A stretch of 62,738 bases of DNA, counting the filler, from Bonamia ostreae (taxonomy: Eukaryota): the NCBI GenBank assembly GCA_040357525.1. It is 12 parts of 12 records of this genome, joined end to end, with 100 filler letters (N's around TTAATTAATTAA, not from the genome) between each part and the next. Parts side by side here need not be neighbours in the genome. Positions count along the whole stretch, not along the records: positions 36,880 to 41,994 come from JBDODL010000226.1; positions 42,095 to 47,203 come from JBDODL010000227.1; positions 47,304 to 52,393 come from JBDODL010000228.1; 9 more parts are not named here. One strand, given 5' to 3'. This document shows positions 38,062-50,915 of this stretch, one piece after another (positions within the stretch are counted from its first letter, which is position 1; every line of letters begins with the position of its first letter). Position numbers and translations under genes: made by a program. The notes below the pieces were generated by a model. The model was not told where the DNA came from, ran no database searches, and saw only the letters and a program-made list of their open reading frames with translations.

Positions 38062-40259
38062 TTAATCGTCTTCGTTGTCGTAATCATCCTGTTCGATACA
38101 AAATGGAGATCCATAGTAACCCCTTTTCGCTCTTTGCACAGCGTCAACAACAACAAGTTGCTTGAAAAACAGTTCGAGAGGATCAGAGTGGTTTATTCCC
38201 AAAATTGACAAAATGTTCTCGTTTACCAATTCTGACAATTTTTGGAGATGTTTTTTGTTGTAACATGGAGCATTTGATAGAACATTTGACTTTTTATAAA
38301 ATTATTTTTAGCAAGTTTTTATTTTACAAACGGCAAAGTTACAAATAAAACGAAAACAANNNNNNNNNNNNNNNNNNNNNNNNNNNNNNNNNNNNNNNNN
38401 NNNNNNNNNNNNNNNNNNNNNNNNNNNNNNNNNNNNNNNNNNNNNNNNNNNNNNNNNNNATTGAAAACCGATTTTTAGCAAACAATTTTTGAAAATATTT
38501 TTACAAATAAATCGAAAACAAATTGAAAACCGATTTTTAGCAAACAATTTTTGAAAATATTTTTACAAATAAATCGCAAAACATCATTAACAATTTGGTC
38601 ATTTTTCTCGATTTTGCAAAACGCGATGTGACTCAACACATTTTTCACCGCGTCGTCATAAACATGATTCCAATGTGGCGCCAAATATGGCTTCAATTCG
38701 ATTTCTGCGACGAGCAAAGCCGGTTCCAAACCTTTTTCTAAAAGCGTGTGAGAAAAGATCTGACAACGCAACGCAAAATCAATGTCACTGTCCAAATTTC
38801 CGAAATTTTTCCGAACCAGATTTAAAGCCTTTTGTGGTTTTCCGTCCAAAATAAAGTCTGAAACTCTTTTTACAATTGATGAAATTGGCAAATTTTGCAA
38901 AAATTGATAATTTCCATTTTTATCGAAATTTGAAAAATTTAAATTTTGATGAACGTTGTTTATCGATTTAAAAAAACTGACGACGGATCAACATTGTTTC
39001 AATAATTTTTTTTCTGCTTTCTGATGTGTTTGTAGTCAAATCGACGTTTGGTTTATTTTCCAAAGCCTAATTTTTTTGTCATTTTTATTATTTTTATTTT
39101 TGGACAATTTTTATTTATTGTCATTTTTAATTATTTTTGGCCAATTTTTGGGCAAATTTAAAAACTGATAAAGTTTGATGATATCCATGATGAATCAAAT
39201 ATTCACTAACAAAGGAACTGACCAAATTATCTGAAATTTCTAGAGAAGGTTTAATCATTATTCGCCGCATATAATCTTCACACAAATTCTTAAAAAAAAT
39301 TTTTTAACTAAAAAACTTTAACAATTTTGTTGACGTTTTCACAAGCAAACTTCTTTTGACCAAAATTCACTTTTATTTCGTCCCCCAAACCACCGAGACT
39401 TACTGCTGCGTAATGTGCACTTTCTATGTTTTCAAAGAGCATTCCGTCTTTTTAATCAAAATTGCATTAAAAAATTCAAAAAGTTAATTTTGTAAAAGCA
39501 TTTTCAATAATTTACACAAAAAAATAATTTACGTTCCAAAAAACCGATTATTTTTCCGTTTTGCGTAAAAAACATTTCGGCGTAATTAAACAATATTCCA
39601 CAACCCAAAACATCGCCGTCCTTTACAGATTCTCTCGAACGAGGAAAAATGAGCTTTTGCTGGTTTGTGCCTGCACCGTCTGTGCCATATCCAAACGAAC
39701 TTGACATGTTATTACATTCAATTTCTTGTTTGGGATCAAAATTTTTGTGGATCATTCCAATCGTAATTTTCTTTTTAAGTTTGATAATATCCACTTCAAA
39801 ATAATAGAAGAACTGGTTTATTGGAAGAGGTTGCTCCGAACGGATAGTGTGTTTTTAAATAAGAAAAATTTGATGAATTTTAAAATTTTGGTTGATTTTT
39901 TTAACCAGTTTTGCAATTTTTTATTAAGATTTTGGCAGATTTTTTAAGTACTTTTACAATTTAAGATTTTGGATGATTTTTTTAAAGTACTTTTGAAATT
40001 TTTTGGAAGATTTTTCAAAGAGTTTTGCAATAAATTTTGGCAATTTATTGAATGAAATAACAAAATTTCAAGACTGCAAACAAATTTGACTAATTATTGT
40101 TGAATAAAAGGATATCCCGCCCCTGTCAATAGACAGTTTACATATCGCGTGAACTCTGTCTGGATAAATTTTAATTGGCCAAGGAACATTTTCGATATGG
40201 AAACAATTTGGTTTAGCCGAATTTGAATCTGTGTAGTAGTCCTTTTTTGGGATATCCAT
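38062..40259 (-). CDS. SPRY-LisH-CTLH-CRA protein, RanBP9/10 (Gid1)-like
   Basis: SPRY TIRSEQPLP...FYYFEVDI, SFGYG, GDVLGCGI, FFTQNG, IKVNFGQ; LisH VSEYLIHHGYHQTL; CTLH ILDGKPQKAL...FALRCQIF. The first intron is AT-AC. Confidence 0.85.
39849..40115 (-). other. AT-AC (U12-type) intron, 267 nt
   Basis: 5' end ATATCCTTTT, 3' end TTTTTCTTATTTAAAAACAC. Phase-0 removal gives SIDRGG-TIRSEQPLP. No AG lies between the in-frame TAA and the SPRY exon start. Confidence 0.8.
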
Positions 40260-40499
40260 TTTTATCAAAAATCGGCAAATTTCAGAAAAAAATTGCCAAA
40301 TCCGCTAAAATCGAAAAAATATTACAAAAATCTGCTAAAAACGTTAAAAAAGATCGAATCGAAAAAATATTCCGAAAATTTACCAAAATAGTAAAAATAT
40401 TGCAAAATCTGCCAAAAACATTAAAAAAGATCGCAAAATCTGTTAAAACCAAAAACACTTTATTAGACATTTTCAGACATTTTTGCTATATTTACAAAA

Positions 40500-41501
40500 A
40501 TGTCGAAAATTTCTAATTCAACTGCTAATTTGCACGAGAGAATATTTGCCGCGTCATTTGGCGCTTTTTTGTGCACTTTAGCTGTAACGCCTTTTGACGT
40601 GATTAAAACACGTCTGCAAGTTATCAACTTTCACTTAAAGGCGAAAACTCTCAGTTGTTCTAAAAAAGCTTTGGAGCAATGCGAAACTTGCTATCCTCCC
40701 CAAAGCGCCCCCAAAAAACAATCGCCTCTCCAAAACCTGAAGTTCAGGTCAATGCGCTGTTACAGCCACGTGAAGGGCCCGTTACAAACTTTTTCCTTCA
40801 TTGTGCGCAATGAAGGATTTTTCGCGCTGTGGCGCGGAACAAGTGCTTCGTTGCTCTTTAGCATCCCGTCTTCAGCGCTTTATCTGAATTTCTACGAAGC
40901 GCTGCGTTCTTCGAAATTCGGATCCGGCGACAACGCCGGGCCGATTTTTTCGGGGATCTGCGCACGGTTCATCACCACAGCCATAATGTCGCCGGCTGAA
41001 TTCCTTCGAACGCGCACGCAATCCAAGCCAGGTCACGGCGGCGGCAGTCGTTATTGCACGGAAAGCATAACGAGCCAAGTGCGCAGAAACGGGATTTTCC
41101 ATTTGTGGCGGGGCGCCGGGTCAACTTTAGCGAGAGATGTCCCGTTCAGCGCGCTTTATTGGTTCGGATACGAAAAGCTGAAAAGCTTTTACGGAAACGT
41201 TTTGCCAAAAGAAAGTCCGAGTTTAATTTCGTTTTGTTCGGGGGCTTCATCTGGAGCGATGGCGGCTTTTTTGTTGACTCCGATGGACGTGGCAAAGACG
41301 CGGATACAGATGGACGGCAGCAAAGAGAAGACGAGAGCGTTTGAAGTCGCCTGGAAAATATTGAGGAGAGAAGGAATAAAAGAGGTTTTTAGAGGAGCGG
41401 TTGCGAGAATGCTGAAAATTCCGATCGCGTGCGCGGTGATGATATCGACGTACGAAGAAAGTAAAAGGCGTTTTGCGAAAAGAAGATTAAATTTTTGTTG
41501 A
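40500..41501 (+). CDS. Mitochondrial carrier, SLC25A39/40 (Mtm1)-like
   Basis: Three carrier repeats (TPFDVIKTRLQ, SPAEFLRTRTQ, TPMDVAKTRIQ), RDVPFSALYWFGYE, ACAVMISTYE, Cys-rich first matrix loop. Probable 21-nt in-frame intron at 40620-40640. Confidence 0.88.
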   Translation: MSKISNSTANLHERIFAASFGAFLCTLAVTPFDVIKTRLQVINFHLKAKTLSCSKKALEQCETCYPPQSAPKKQSPLQNLKFRSMRCYSHVKGPLQTFSFIVRNEGFFALWRGTSASLLFSIPSSALYLNFYEALRSSKFGSGDNAGPIFSGICARFITTAIMSPAEFLRTRTQSKPGHGGGSRYCTESITSQVRRNGIFHLWRGAGSTLARDVPFSALYWFGYEKLKSFYGNVLPKESPSLISFCSGASSGAMAAFLLTPMDVAKTRIQMDGSKEKTRAFEVAWKILRREGIKEVFRGAVARMLKIPIACAVMISTYEESKRRFAKRRLNFC

Positions 41502-41597
41502 ATTTTTTTAGTTTTGGTCAGATTTTAAATATTTTCATGTTAAATTATATTTATAGGTCATAATATATTTAAATGTCAAATTTGTAGAACTTATTGT

Positions 41598-41669
41598 GGG
41601 GGGCTGGCGCAACGGTAGCGCGTTGGATTCCAAATCCAAAGGTTATGGGTTCGAATCCCCTGTCCCTCA
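41598..41669 (+). tRNA. trnW: tRNA-Trp(CCA)
   Basis: Acceptor GGGGGGC/GTCCCTC, D-stem GCGC/GCGC, anticodon stem TTGGA/TCCAA with loop TT-CCA-AA, T-loop TTCGAAT (one T-stem mismatch), downstream T-run terminator. Confidence 0.93.
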
Positions 41670-42094
41670 TTTTTGTTTTTCATTGATTATTTTTATTCAT
41701 AAATTTTTGTTCCCGCAATTTTGTCATCTTTCTAAAACTAAAATCGCTCACATCAAATTGAAAAATGTAAACCAAGAAAAAGCACGAACGCAAAAAGTTA
41801 TTATATTTATTATTGACATCAATAATTTTTATTTGAAATTGGGAACAATTTGTATTATGACAAATGTCTTTTTCGCTGCAAATTCTTGCTCACACAATTT
41901 TCGCCATTTTTTGTAAATTGGCTTTTTCGCTGCAAATTCTTTCACACAATTTTCGCCATTTTTTGTAAATTGACTTTTTAGTTGCAAATTTTACNNNNNN
42001 NNNNNNNNNNNNNNNNNNNNNNNNNNNNNNNNNNNNNNTTAATTAATTAANNNNNNNNNNNNNNNNNNNNNNNNNNNNNNNNNNNNNNNNNNNN

Positions 42095-43215
42095 AAAACT
42101 GCTCGGCATCTTGATTGGGTTTAGAACGCGCAACGCTTTTTTGAAAATGCTTTTTATTTTGCGGTTGTTCGGTTCTTCGTCGATCAAAAGATAAAAGATT
42201 TTGTTTTCGAAGAAATCGTAAAAGTCTAAAGACGTTTTAATGTTCAGCAATTTATCCGAAAAAGCTTCCAAAATTGCGTAAACTGTTGTGGTCTTTTTAT
42301 AAAAGCGATTTAAATCTGATTTGGAGAATTTAATTTGACATTGCGAAAAAATTGAAAAAATTTGTTTTGAAAAATTTTATTATTAATTGCAAAATTGAAA
42401 TTGCGAAAAAAATTGATTATAAATTTCAAAATTAAAATTGCGAAAAAATTTGATTTTAACCAATCCGGAACAACCATGCAGCAAAAGCAAGCGGATCGCG
42501 CTTAAACAAAATTCGGGTGGAAACTCGTTACACGAATAAACAGAAGAAACCCATTTTTTGACGATAAAACGGAAATCGATCAAATCAATTTTTAAAAACG
42601 AAAGACGATCTATCAAATTCGGGGCGTTTACTGAGAGAATTTGATTCAAATACAACAAGTCTAAATTGAACTTGTTGTCTTCGTTTCTTTTTGTAAAAGG
42701 GAAATTTTATTGAAAGAATCGGTTTGGATTTTACCGAAAAGACCATTTTTACATTGCAAAAAATGAAAATTATTTTGTTAAGAACGAAAGCTAAATTTTA
42801 ACATTGTAATGGCTTTAAAAAAGTAATCGTCAATTTGGTTTCGAATATGTTCGCTTGTATTCGAAGCTTTTTCAACATTATTGTTGAACGCTTTTAATAA
42901 AATGGTGTCAAGGACTAAAGAGGAATCGACGGAATCTAAAGGTTTGGAAACGGTAAGTTTTAGTAGACTTTGGAATGTCGTGTCTAATTCTTGGCTAAAC
43001 TTTGAATTTCCAGAATCGCCTGAATTCTGAAACTTGTAAATTTTCTTTATCGTTTCGCTTATTTTGTGTTTATTCAGTTTTTCGTATTTTGGATATTCGA
43101 GATTTCCTTTCTGATTAATTTAATTTGGCCAAACGTCTGAGCTGACCGTCTCGGAAATTTTTTTCGTGTTTAAATTCCATAATTCCAATCGTTGTTTATT
43201 CCCGTTTGCGTCCAT
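42095..43215 (-). CDS. Divergent TBC-domain-like protein (3' truncated)
   Basis: LNQILSVNAPNLIDRL...FIVKKWVSSVY...FPPEFCLSAIRLLLLHG resembles the C-terminal half of a TBC domain. Confidence 0.5.
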
Positions 43216-43397
43216 GTCGCAATTTTGCTAATTTTCGTTCAGCAATCGTTATAGGATCGAATATAATAACATTTTGCTATTTTTGCGCCAATTTTTCGTA
43301 TTTATATTTAAACAAATAACATTTAATTTAAAGCTCGCTTGTAAATAAAAACACGCAAAACATTTAAACAGTTTAAGCTTTAAATATAACATTTAGA

Positions 43398-46300
43398 ATG
43401 TCAGAAAAGATCTTGGTGGCGGTAAGAACACGGCCGATGATAAAAGAGGAAAAAGGAGAAAACGGAGAATCGCCTTGGACAGCAGAGCAAAATTACATTC
43501 TCAACCGCCGCGAAAACAAGAAATACATTTTCGGTCAAATTTGTGACTTTTAGACAAAGTTTTCGGCGAAAACACAACTACGCAATTTGTTTATAACTCG
43601 ATCGCCAAAGATATCGTCCGATCCGCTTTAGAAGGAAAGAACGGTAAATTTCAAAAATAAATTTGCAAAAATCAAAATTTACAAAAATTTTTAATTTAAC
43701 GCTAGGAACCATTTTCGCTTATGGCCAGACATCGAGCGGCAAAACTTACACGATAAGAGGCACTCCGGAAAATCACGGGATTACGCCGTTAGTGCTGAAA
43801 GACATTTTCAACAAAATAGCAAAGGTTGAATTCTACAATCGAAGAACATCTCGAGAGAGTTCCTGTTAAGCGTCAGTTACTTGGAAATTTACAACGAGAC
43901 CATTATCGATCTGCTGAACCCGGAAATCAAAGAACTGAAGATTTTCCAAGAAATAAATGTTGCGATTATCAAATTTCTAAATTAGGGCGGCGTCCTGGTC
44001 GACTGCTTAACCAAAAAAGTGATCGTGGACATTAAAGAAGGGATGACGCAATTCGACAACGGCGAAAGTTTTTTTGGCGACGTCAGGTTTTAGGCATTTC
44101 GGGGCCACGAAAATGAATGAGGAATCGAGTAGAAGCCACACTATTTTTCAATTGCACATCGAAAGCCGACTTGTAAAATGACTTTTCTTGATTTAGCCAT
44201 TTTTGTAAAATTGACTTTTGTTAAAATTTCCAAAATTGTCGGAATAATAAATGGAAAATTTCGAAAATAGAAAGAGAACAAGGACAAATCGATAAGATAT
44301 TCGACGTTGAATTTAGTCGATTTGGCGGGTTCCGAAAGACTGCGGAAAAACAAAGAAAGCGGAATAAGGTCGAGCGAAAGTGCTCATATCAACAAAAGTC
44401 TTCTCACGCTCGAAAGAGTGATCCACTCGTTAAGCGAAAATAAGTTTTTTGGGCTTTAGAAATTTTTCGTTAAGCGAAATTNNNNNNNNNNNNNNNNNNN
44501 NNNNNNNNNNNNNNNNNNNNNNNNNNNNNNNNNNNNNNNNNNNNNNNNNNNNNNNNNNNNNNNNNNNNNNNNNNNNNNNNNTGTCACTTTGAAATTTCAA
44601 AAATAAAACAAATTTCATAAATTGAAAATTTTTTGACAAAACAGAAATTTGTCGCACATTCCCTTTCGAGACTCAAAATTGACTCGGATTTTGCAGCCAG
44701 CTTTAGGCGGAAATTCGAGAACAGTTGTAATCGTCACGATAACTCCGTCAAGCGCATTCGTCGACGAGACGAAAAAGTCGCTTTCGTTTGCGAACAGAGC
44801 CGCAAATGTGACGAACCGCGTTTTCGTGAACGAAATCGTCGACGACGCGACCAAAATACAGTTTCTCAGGGAAAAAGTAGCCCAACTCGAAAACGAACTT
44901 GATTCGAACAACGCAGAAAACGAACAACTCGATTCCAAAAAAAGCGAAACGGAAAACATAAAAAAAGAACTTGAAACGTTGAAAATGAAATTGGAGATCA
45001 GCAAACGCTCCGAAGAAGCGTGGAAAGAACGCTTCAACAAACTTTTCGGATTCGAAAACAACTCCAAAAAATTGTCAAACAACAACAAAAATATTGCGAA
45101 GAGTTTGATAAAAAGGAAAATGGACCGAAGAAAAACTCTCGGCGTTCTGGGAAACAAAAACTTCAAATTTGAACAAACCGAGAAAAAACAAAATTTGTCA
45201 AATAATTTCAAATTCGACAAAAACGCAAATTTGCCGAATAAAAAATTTGCCAAAAATTTGACGGCGAACAAAACGTTAATAGAATCGATGAGACTCAAAT
45301 TGTCGGAAGCGAATACAAAAAACGATTTGCTGGAAAAGAAAATTTTTGAAATGGGAAACCAAATCGAGAATTTTGAGAAAACCAAAATTAATTTGGAAAA
45401 CAAAATTGAGTTTGAAAAAAAGGAGAGAATGGCGGAAATTGTAAAAGCAGAAGAAAAGTTTGAAGCAAAAGTTGGCGATTTTAAGGAAAAAATGGATTTT
45501 CTGAAAAGGAAAAATCAAAATTTGGAAGAAAAACAGTTTCGCTATTTTTAATAAAGCTTTACTAAAAAAATAAACAAAATTTGTCATAAAAGATTAAAAA
45601 TGAAAATTTCAGAAAAAATTTTAATAAAAAAGATTCGAATTGAAGGAAAGTTTGATATCATCAAGGAACAGGTTAAAAGAAAAAGAAAATGAAATCGAAA
45701 CGAAAAATCGAAAAATCGAAAAAAATTTGGAAAAAATGGCTAAAATCGAATTCAAATTTAATCAAAAAAGAAGCGATTTAATCAAAAAAGTGACAAATCT
45801 CGAGGAAAACAATGTTTTTCTAAAAGAACAGAGCAATAAGAAAAGTTTGAAACAAATTGAGGAATTACAAAATTTGTTAAAAGAACGCGAATCTGTTTAT
45901 TAAAAAACGCAATTTTCAAAATTTTTCGATTTTGCCAATTTTTAAAAATTAGAAAATAACAGAACTTTCGAAAAGTTTGATATGCGAAGAGGACAAAATG
46001 GCAAAATTGGGGCGCAGTTTGAACGAGATGAACGATGTTATTTCCTTTTAAAAATTTAGTCGTCGCAAAGAGATAGAAATATTATCGTCGAGTTAAAAAG
46101 CCGTTTGAAGAATTCTAAACAAATCGAAGTCGAGTACAAAAATTTACATGAGAATTTGAAGTACCTTAAAAATCAGTTTATTTTTGACTAATTATTTAAT
46201 GAATTTTCGAATCGACAAAATTTTTATTATTTCGCGATTTTTGATTTTGCAAAATAAATTCGCAATTAAAAAAATTAGACAAAAAGAGAAAACAGAAAAA

Positions 46301-47019
46301 TGGGAAATGACCGAAAAACAGTTAGAAAAGGAAAGAACGAAAAGAGAACAAACGGAAACTTTATTGAACAAAGAATCGCAATCGACACAGTTTCTCAGAC
46401 AAAAATTGAACGAAAAAAGCAAAATCTGTGAAGATCTGCTCAGAAAACTTTCTGAAAATACTCTCAAAATGGCGCAGAACACACAAAAAACAACTGAAAA
46501 AGATATTGTCAAAGTCGAAAACAAATCAAAAAATGGTGAAAATTACTCAAAAGAACAGTTCAAATTTGCTCAAAAAATGGCGAAGTCGCCAGAAAATAGT
46601 AATCTGAGAAGAGAACTGGAAAGATTAAATGCCGAAAATTCAAATTTAGTGACACAACTCGAATCAATGGCTGACGAAATTGAGAGGCGAACATGTCAAT
46701 TTGAGGCTAAAGACGAAGAGAAAAATCGACTAGAAAACATTGTAAATGAACAAAACGCAAAAATTGAATCTCTAAAAAAGAGATTGTTGGCAGAAGATTT
46801 CAAGCGCGGAGAGATTTTTGGAAAAGCTGACGTTCCAAAAATTTATATTGATAACAATATCTTTTATAAACTTTTTAACAATATAAAAATTGATTTTGGC
46901 AACAATATTATAAAAATTGATTTTGGCAACAATATTATAAAAATCAATATCGGTAACAATATTATAAAAATTTAGTAACTAAAAATTTTAAAGAAAGAGA
47001 ACATAAAAGAAAAAAGTGA
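43398..47019 (+). CDS. N-terminal-motor kinesin, kinesin-7/CENP-E-like (3' end approximate)
   Basis: [79 protein letters not shown], then a long coiled coil. Many 19-27 nt introns. Confidence 0.9.
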
Positions 47020-47420
47020 AACAGAAATGCCGGAAAAGGATTTGACTGAAATCGAAAAACTAAAAAATGAGGTAAATAGATTGGTGTCAAGAGAGCAAGT
47101 ACTTTATAAAAACTACAAGGCAAAAATTGATAAAAAGGACAAAACTTACGACAATGTTTTAGAATTTCATAAATTTTCATTGTTACCGGTCAAATAACAT
47201 TTTNNNNNNNNNNNNNNNNNNNNNNNNNNNNNNNNNNNNNNNNNNNNTTAATTAATTAANNNNNNNNNNNNNNNNNNNNNNNNNNNNNNNNNNNNNNNNN
47301 NNNTAATTCCATTAACGCTTTTTAGACATTCCAGTTTTTAGAAGAAAAACATTATCTCATTACATTTTTCAAAATTGAGCAAGATAAACAATTTTTGGCA
47401 GTTTAAATTGATCAAAATTA

Positions 47421-50400
47421 TCAAAAAGAAATAATTTGCGCATAAAAACGAGGGAAAACAGATTTCAAAACCGCAAAAATCAGCTTAATCATCAAATTCT
47501 TAATAAAATTGATCAGATCGAGCACAGGACACATCGACTTTTTGTTCCGCTCCACTTCCGTTACATGGTCTGACGTCGATTCGGTACTGGTATCGGACAA
47601 GACAGAGCTGAACACACTATCGCTTTTAAAAGAGACGAGCACCCAAGTGTTCGTGAGCGCTTTGTACATGATATAAAGCGTTATTCCGTGCATCAATATC
47701 GGGATGAGATATTGCGCAAACTTGTTGAAACCGTTTTGAAAGATTTCTTTCAATACTTGCCAAAAGCCAAAACTGCCGAGCAATCCGGGCGGCAGCGGAG
47801 GACCTTTCAATTTGGCCATTGTTTTCGCGTCGAGAGAAAATCCTGTTGTTTTCTCGGCGCTTTCCGGGATTATCGGGCGGAAATGCTTTGCCTTGTTGTA
47901 TCTGTCTTTCGTCATTCTTGTTTTTATTTCGTCTTTTTCGTTTTGGTTAAAATTGGGAATCGCGTTGATTTGATTAAAAATGGCGCCCAAAAGCAATAAT
48001 TAAGTTGCGATGGAAAAAAGTTGCGATGGAAACAAAAACAATAATTAAGATGGCTTTCCTCGATTTTGTTGTTAGCGACAACAGAGACGTCGAATGTGTT
48101 GTCGAGTTGGTTCTTCATTTTGGCCACTTTGCCAAAATTCGGGACGCAGAAGCAGATTTTGATCGGATTCCAACTGCGCTGGAACTTTCCGTCGTAGAAA
48201 CAACAGCAGACGAAATTTGCGAAGAGGTTCGCAACGCGAGTGTCGTCGTAGACGGGGTTCAAATCCTCCGTGCACGGACAGAAGATGTATTTTACGAATT
48301 TTGCCGACGTGTCGCCATCGTTTATTTGGTCCACTTTTGTTCAACGGGTCGCACCAATAAAAGTTTTTATTTTAACGCGATTCAAAACCTTTTTTGTCGA
48401 AACAGCAACAGAGTCTGTTGCAGAGAGTGGCGCAAGCGTTGTCGTCATGCTGCCTCCCGCGCGGACTCGCGACCAAAGGACAACACAATCTTTCGAAAGA
48501 CGGCCACACAAACGTTTCGACTTTCGGTTTAATTAGCCAAAACAATAGCAAACTAAATAAAACCGTCCATTTCGTCGAAGAAGTTCGAGTTCCTCATCCA
48601 TCCGGACGAATAGCCGATCGCGTACGACGCCAGAATCAAAGCGACGCCGAGACAGACCAGAATAAGAGAGATCTTCGTGTACAGGATGCCGTACCCGGGC
48701 AGGATCCGCAGGAACATGATGACCAAGTCGTAGTTTTGGCTGAAAATGTACTCCGTGACGTAGATGAAGCCCAGATAAGCGAGCAAGAGGATTTCGATGA
48801 TGAACAGCGTCATCACGAACACGGGACGCGACACCTCCAAATACCGCTCCGCCGCGTAGAAGTAGACGGTCACGATGCCGCCGATTGTGATCAGCATGCC
48901 GAGGAGGACCATGAAGTAATAGATGGTGGAGCCTTGCTTCATTTTGCTGACGGAGCTGGTCGACGCGGAGTCCTGCATCGCCTCCGACTTTTTGGTGAAG
49001 GTGTAGATGTTCGTGAAGACGTCTTGGAGATTGCGGATGGAGCGGATGACTTTGAAGAGCATTTGCAGCAGCTCGAACAGTTTTTTCATCAACATGGACG
49101 CCACGCCGACGCCGAACCCGATCAAGACGAGAATTGCGACGAGGATGGTGACGCCGATCAGCACAATGCAAAAGTACCCGCCGGTCACTTTGTTGAGCGC
49201 GTTGGCGATGTCGGAGAAGCCCGACAGGAACGCCATCACCACGTCCTTGATCGCCTTCATCATGTCCAGGAAGGCCTTGAAGCTTTTTTCGAGCGTCAAG
49301 TACGAGTAGAAGTAGCTTTGCATGTAGGAGTAAGCGGAGAGGGCGAACCCGATCAGGACGAGCAGGATTCCGCCGATGCTGAGAATGGCGGCGATCCCGC
49401 CCAGCGAAAACATCCATTTTATTACGAAGAAGGTGAGCGAAATCAGAGTCGTGGAATGGTAGAACAGCATTAACGCAAAATTGAAGGACATGAAGATGGC
49501 CAGGTACAGCCACAAGACTTTCTTAAGGTGACAAGGCAAACCATCGCACCGCCCCAATTCCAACCTTCGGCGTAGAAGCCGTCGCTGAAGTTCCAGGCGC
49601 TCGGTTTGGGCGCGGCGGAGGAGACCATCGCGTTGGAGAGCAAGTCGATGTGCATTTCGAGGCAAAAGTAGGCGACGAACAGGCCGAGGTAGAAGAAGGA
49701 CCTGTAAATGTAGGAATTGCGCATTCTTCTGAAGAGGTTGTAGAGCATGTCGGCCATGTAGATGAGCAATGTGACCACCGGCATAATCAGACTAACGTTG
49801 TCGCGCCAATCTGTGTGGAAAGTGTTTTCAGCCATTTTGAAATCCGCTAGGAACTGGTTCGGTGTTAGAAATCAAACGAAGAGGAAGTAGAAGACGAAGA
49901 CAGTGTTCGAGATGAAGACGAAGACGGTGAAAACGGAGAGCTTGCGTTTTTCCGCGCCTTTGAACTCGTACGACGACTCCCAGTCGGCCAGGAAACTGTT
50001 CGCGACGGCATCTCTATTCCCGCTCATCGTCCCCACTTTGTTCATCCACAGAGCGACCACGTAAAACGGAATCGCGAGCAGAAAAATATACTCTAACACT
50101 ATCAAAGCCAAGTTGTCCGGTTCGCCTGCTTTGGAGAGCGTGGTCAGCGTATGGAAGGACAGGTCTTCTGGATAAACCTTTGGCCATTGTTTATGAAAAC
50201 GATGACGCACAGAACGGTGAGCCTCATCACGTGCACGTTTATGCCGAATTTGGAGGCGAAGCGCGAAAAAAGCATTCTCGACCTGTAATCGTTCAACAAT
50301 TTGAGCGCGTAGGATAAGTTGGCGAAGTCGAAGAGGAGGTAAAGAACGGCCAAGAAATTGGCGAAGACGGAGATGTGCTTGAAAAATATCAGCGATCCCC

Positions 50401-50645
50401 TCGGCACGTCGAAGAAGGCGGGATATCTAGGATTTAATCAAAAACGATAGCACGATGAAAAGCGCCAAATCAGTTATTCTCAGAGTGAGGTAAATAATCA
50501 TCATCATTCGACTCAGTGTGCAAAGCCAATTAATAAAAATCCCCCAGTAATTGGCGTTGTAGCCAATGATTTTCGGCCGTTCGAAGGGGATGTTTAGAGA
50601 AAGAGAATATCGGTCATCTTTCGAATTCGCTTTTTGGTTCAACAT
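47421..50645 (-). CDS. Orphan large multi-pass membrane protein (~900 aa)
   Basis: ORFs 50427, 50144, 49872, 49470, 48553, 47924 and 47421 join in frame through GT-AG introns (19, 23, 24, 20 nt and longer). More than 10 hydrophobic helices; Cys clusters (RLCC, FVCCCF) in the C-terminal part. Confidence 0.7.
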
Positions 50646-50915
50646 TATATTTTTGGTTTGGATCGGTTTAGTCTTATATCAAAGTCGCCTAGTTTCGTTG
50701 AGCGAAATTTAAAAGAATTGATAATTCATGAAGCGACCATTTTTGGCATTGTTCATCGAACAACCATTATTTTGGTTAACGAGTAAAAACGCATTTTTAT
50801 TAAAAATGATTTTTGGTTAACGAGTCAATGAAATAAGTCGCTCCCGTTCAATGTATGTTCGAGATCGCTAACATTTGAAGTAAAAACACTTAAAAGAATA
50901 TAAAAACTATCTGAA

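Noticed and set aside
41596-41916. 106-aa ORF in the track
   Set aside because: It starts inside the tRNA-Trp gene at a GTG and continues through AT-rich noncoding DNA.
48394-49513. Long antisense and alternative-frame ORFs (also at 3621-4364, 4297-4734, 21959-22777, 44615-45403, 57803-58535)
   Set aside because: Shadows of codon-biased coding sequence on the other strand or frame.
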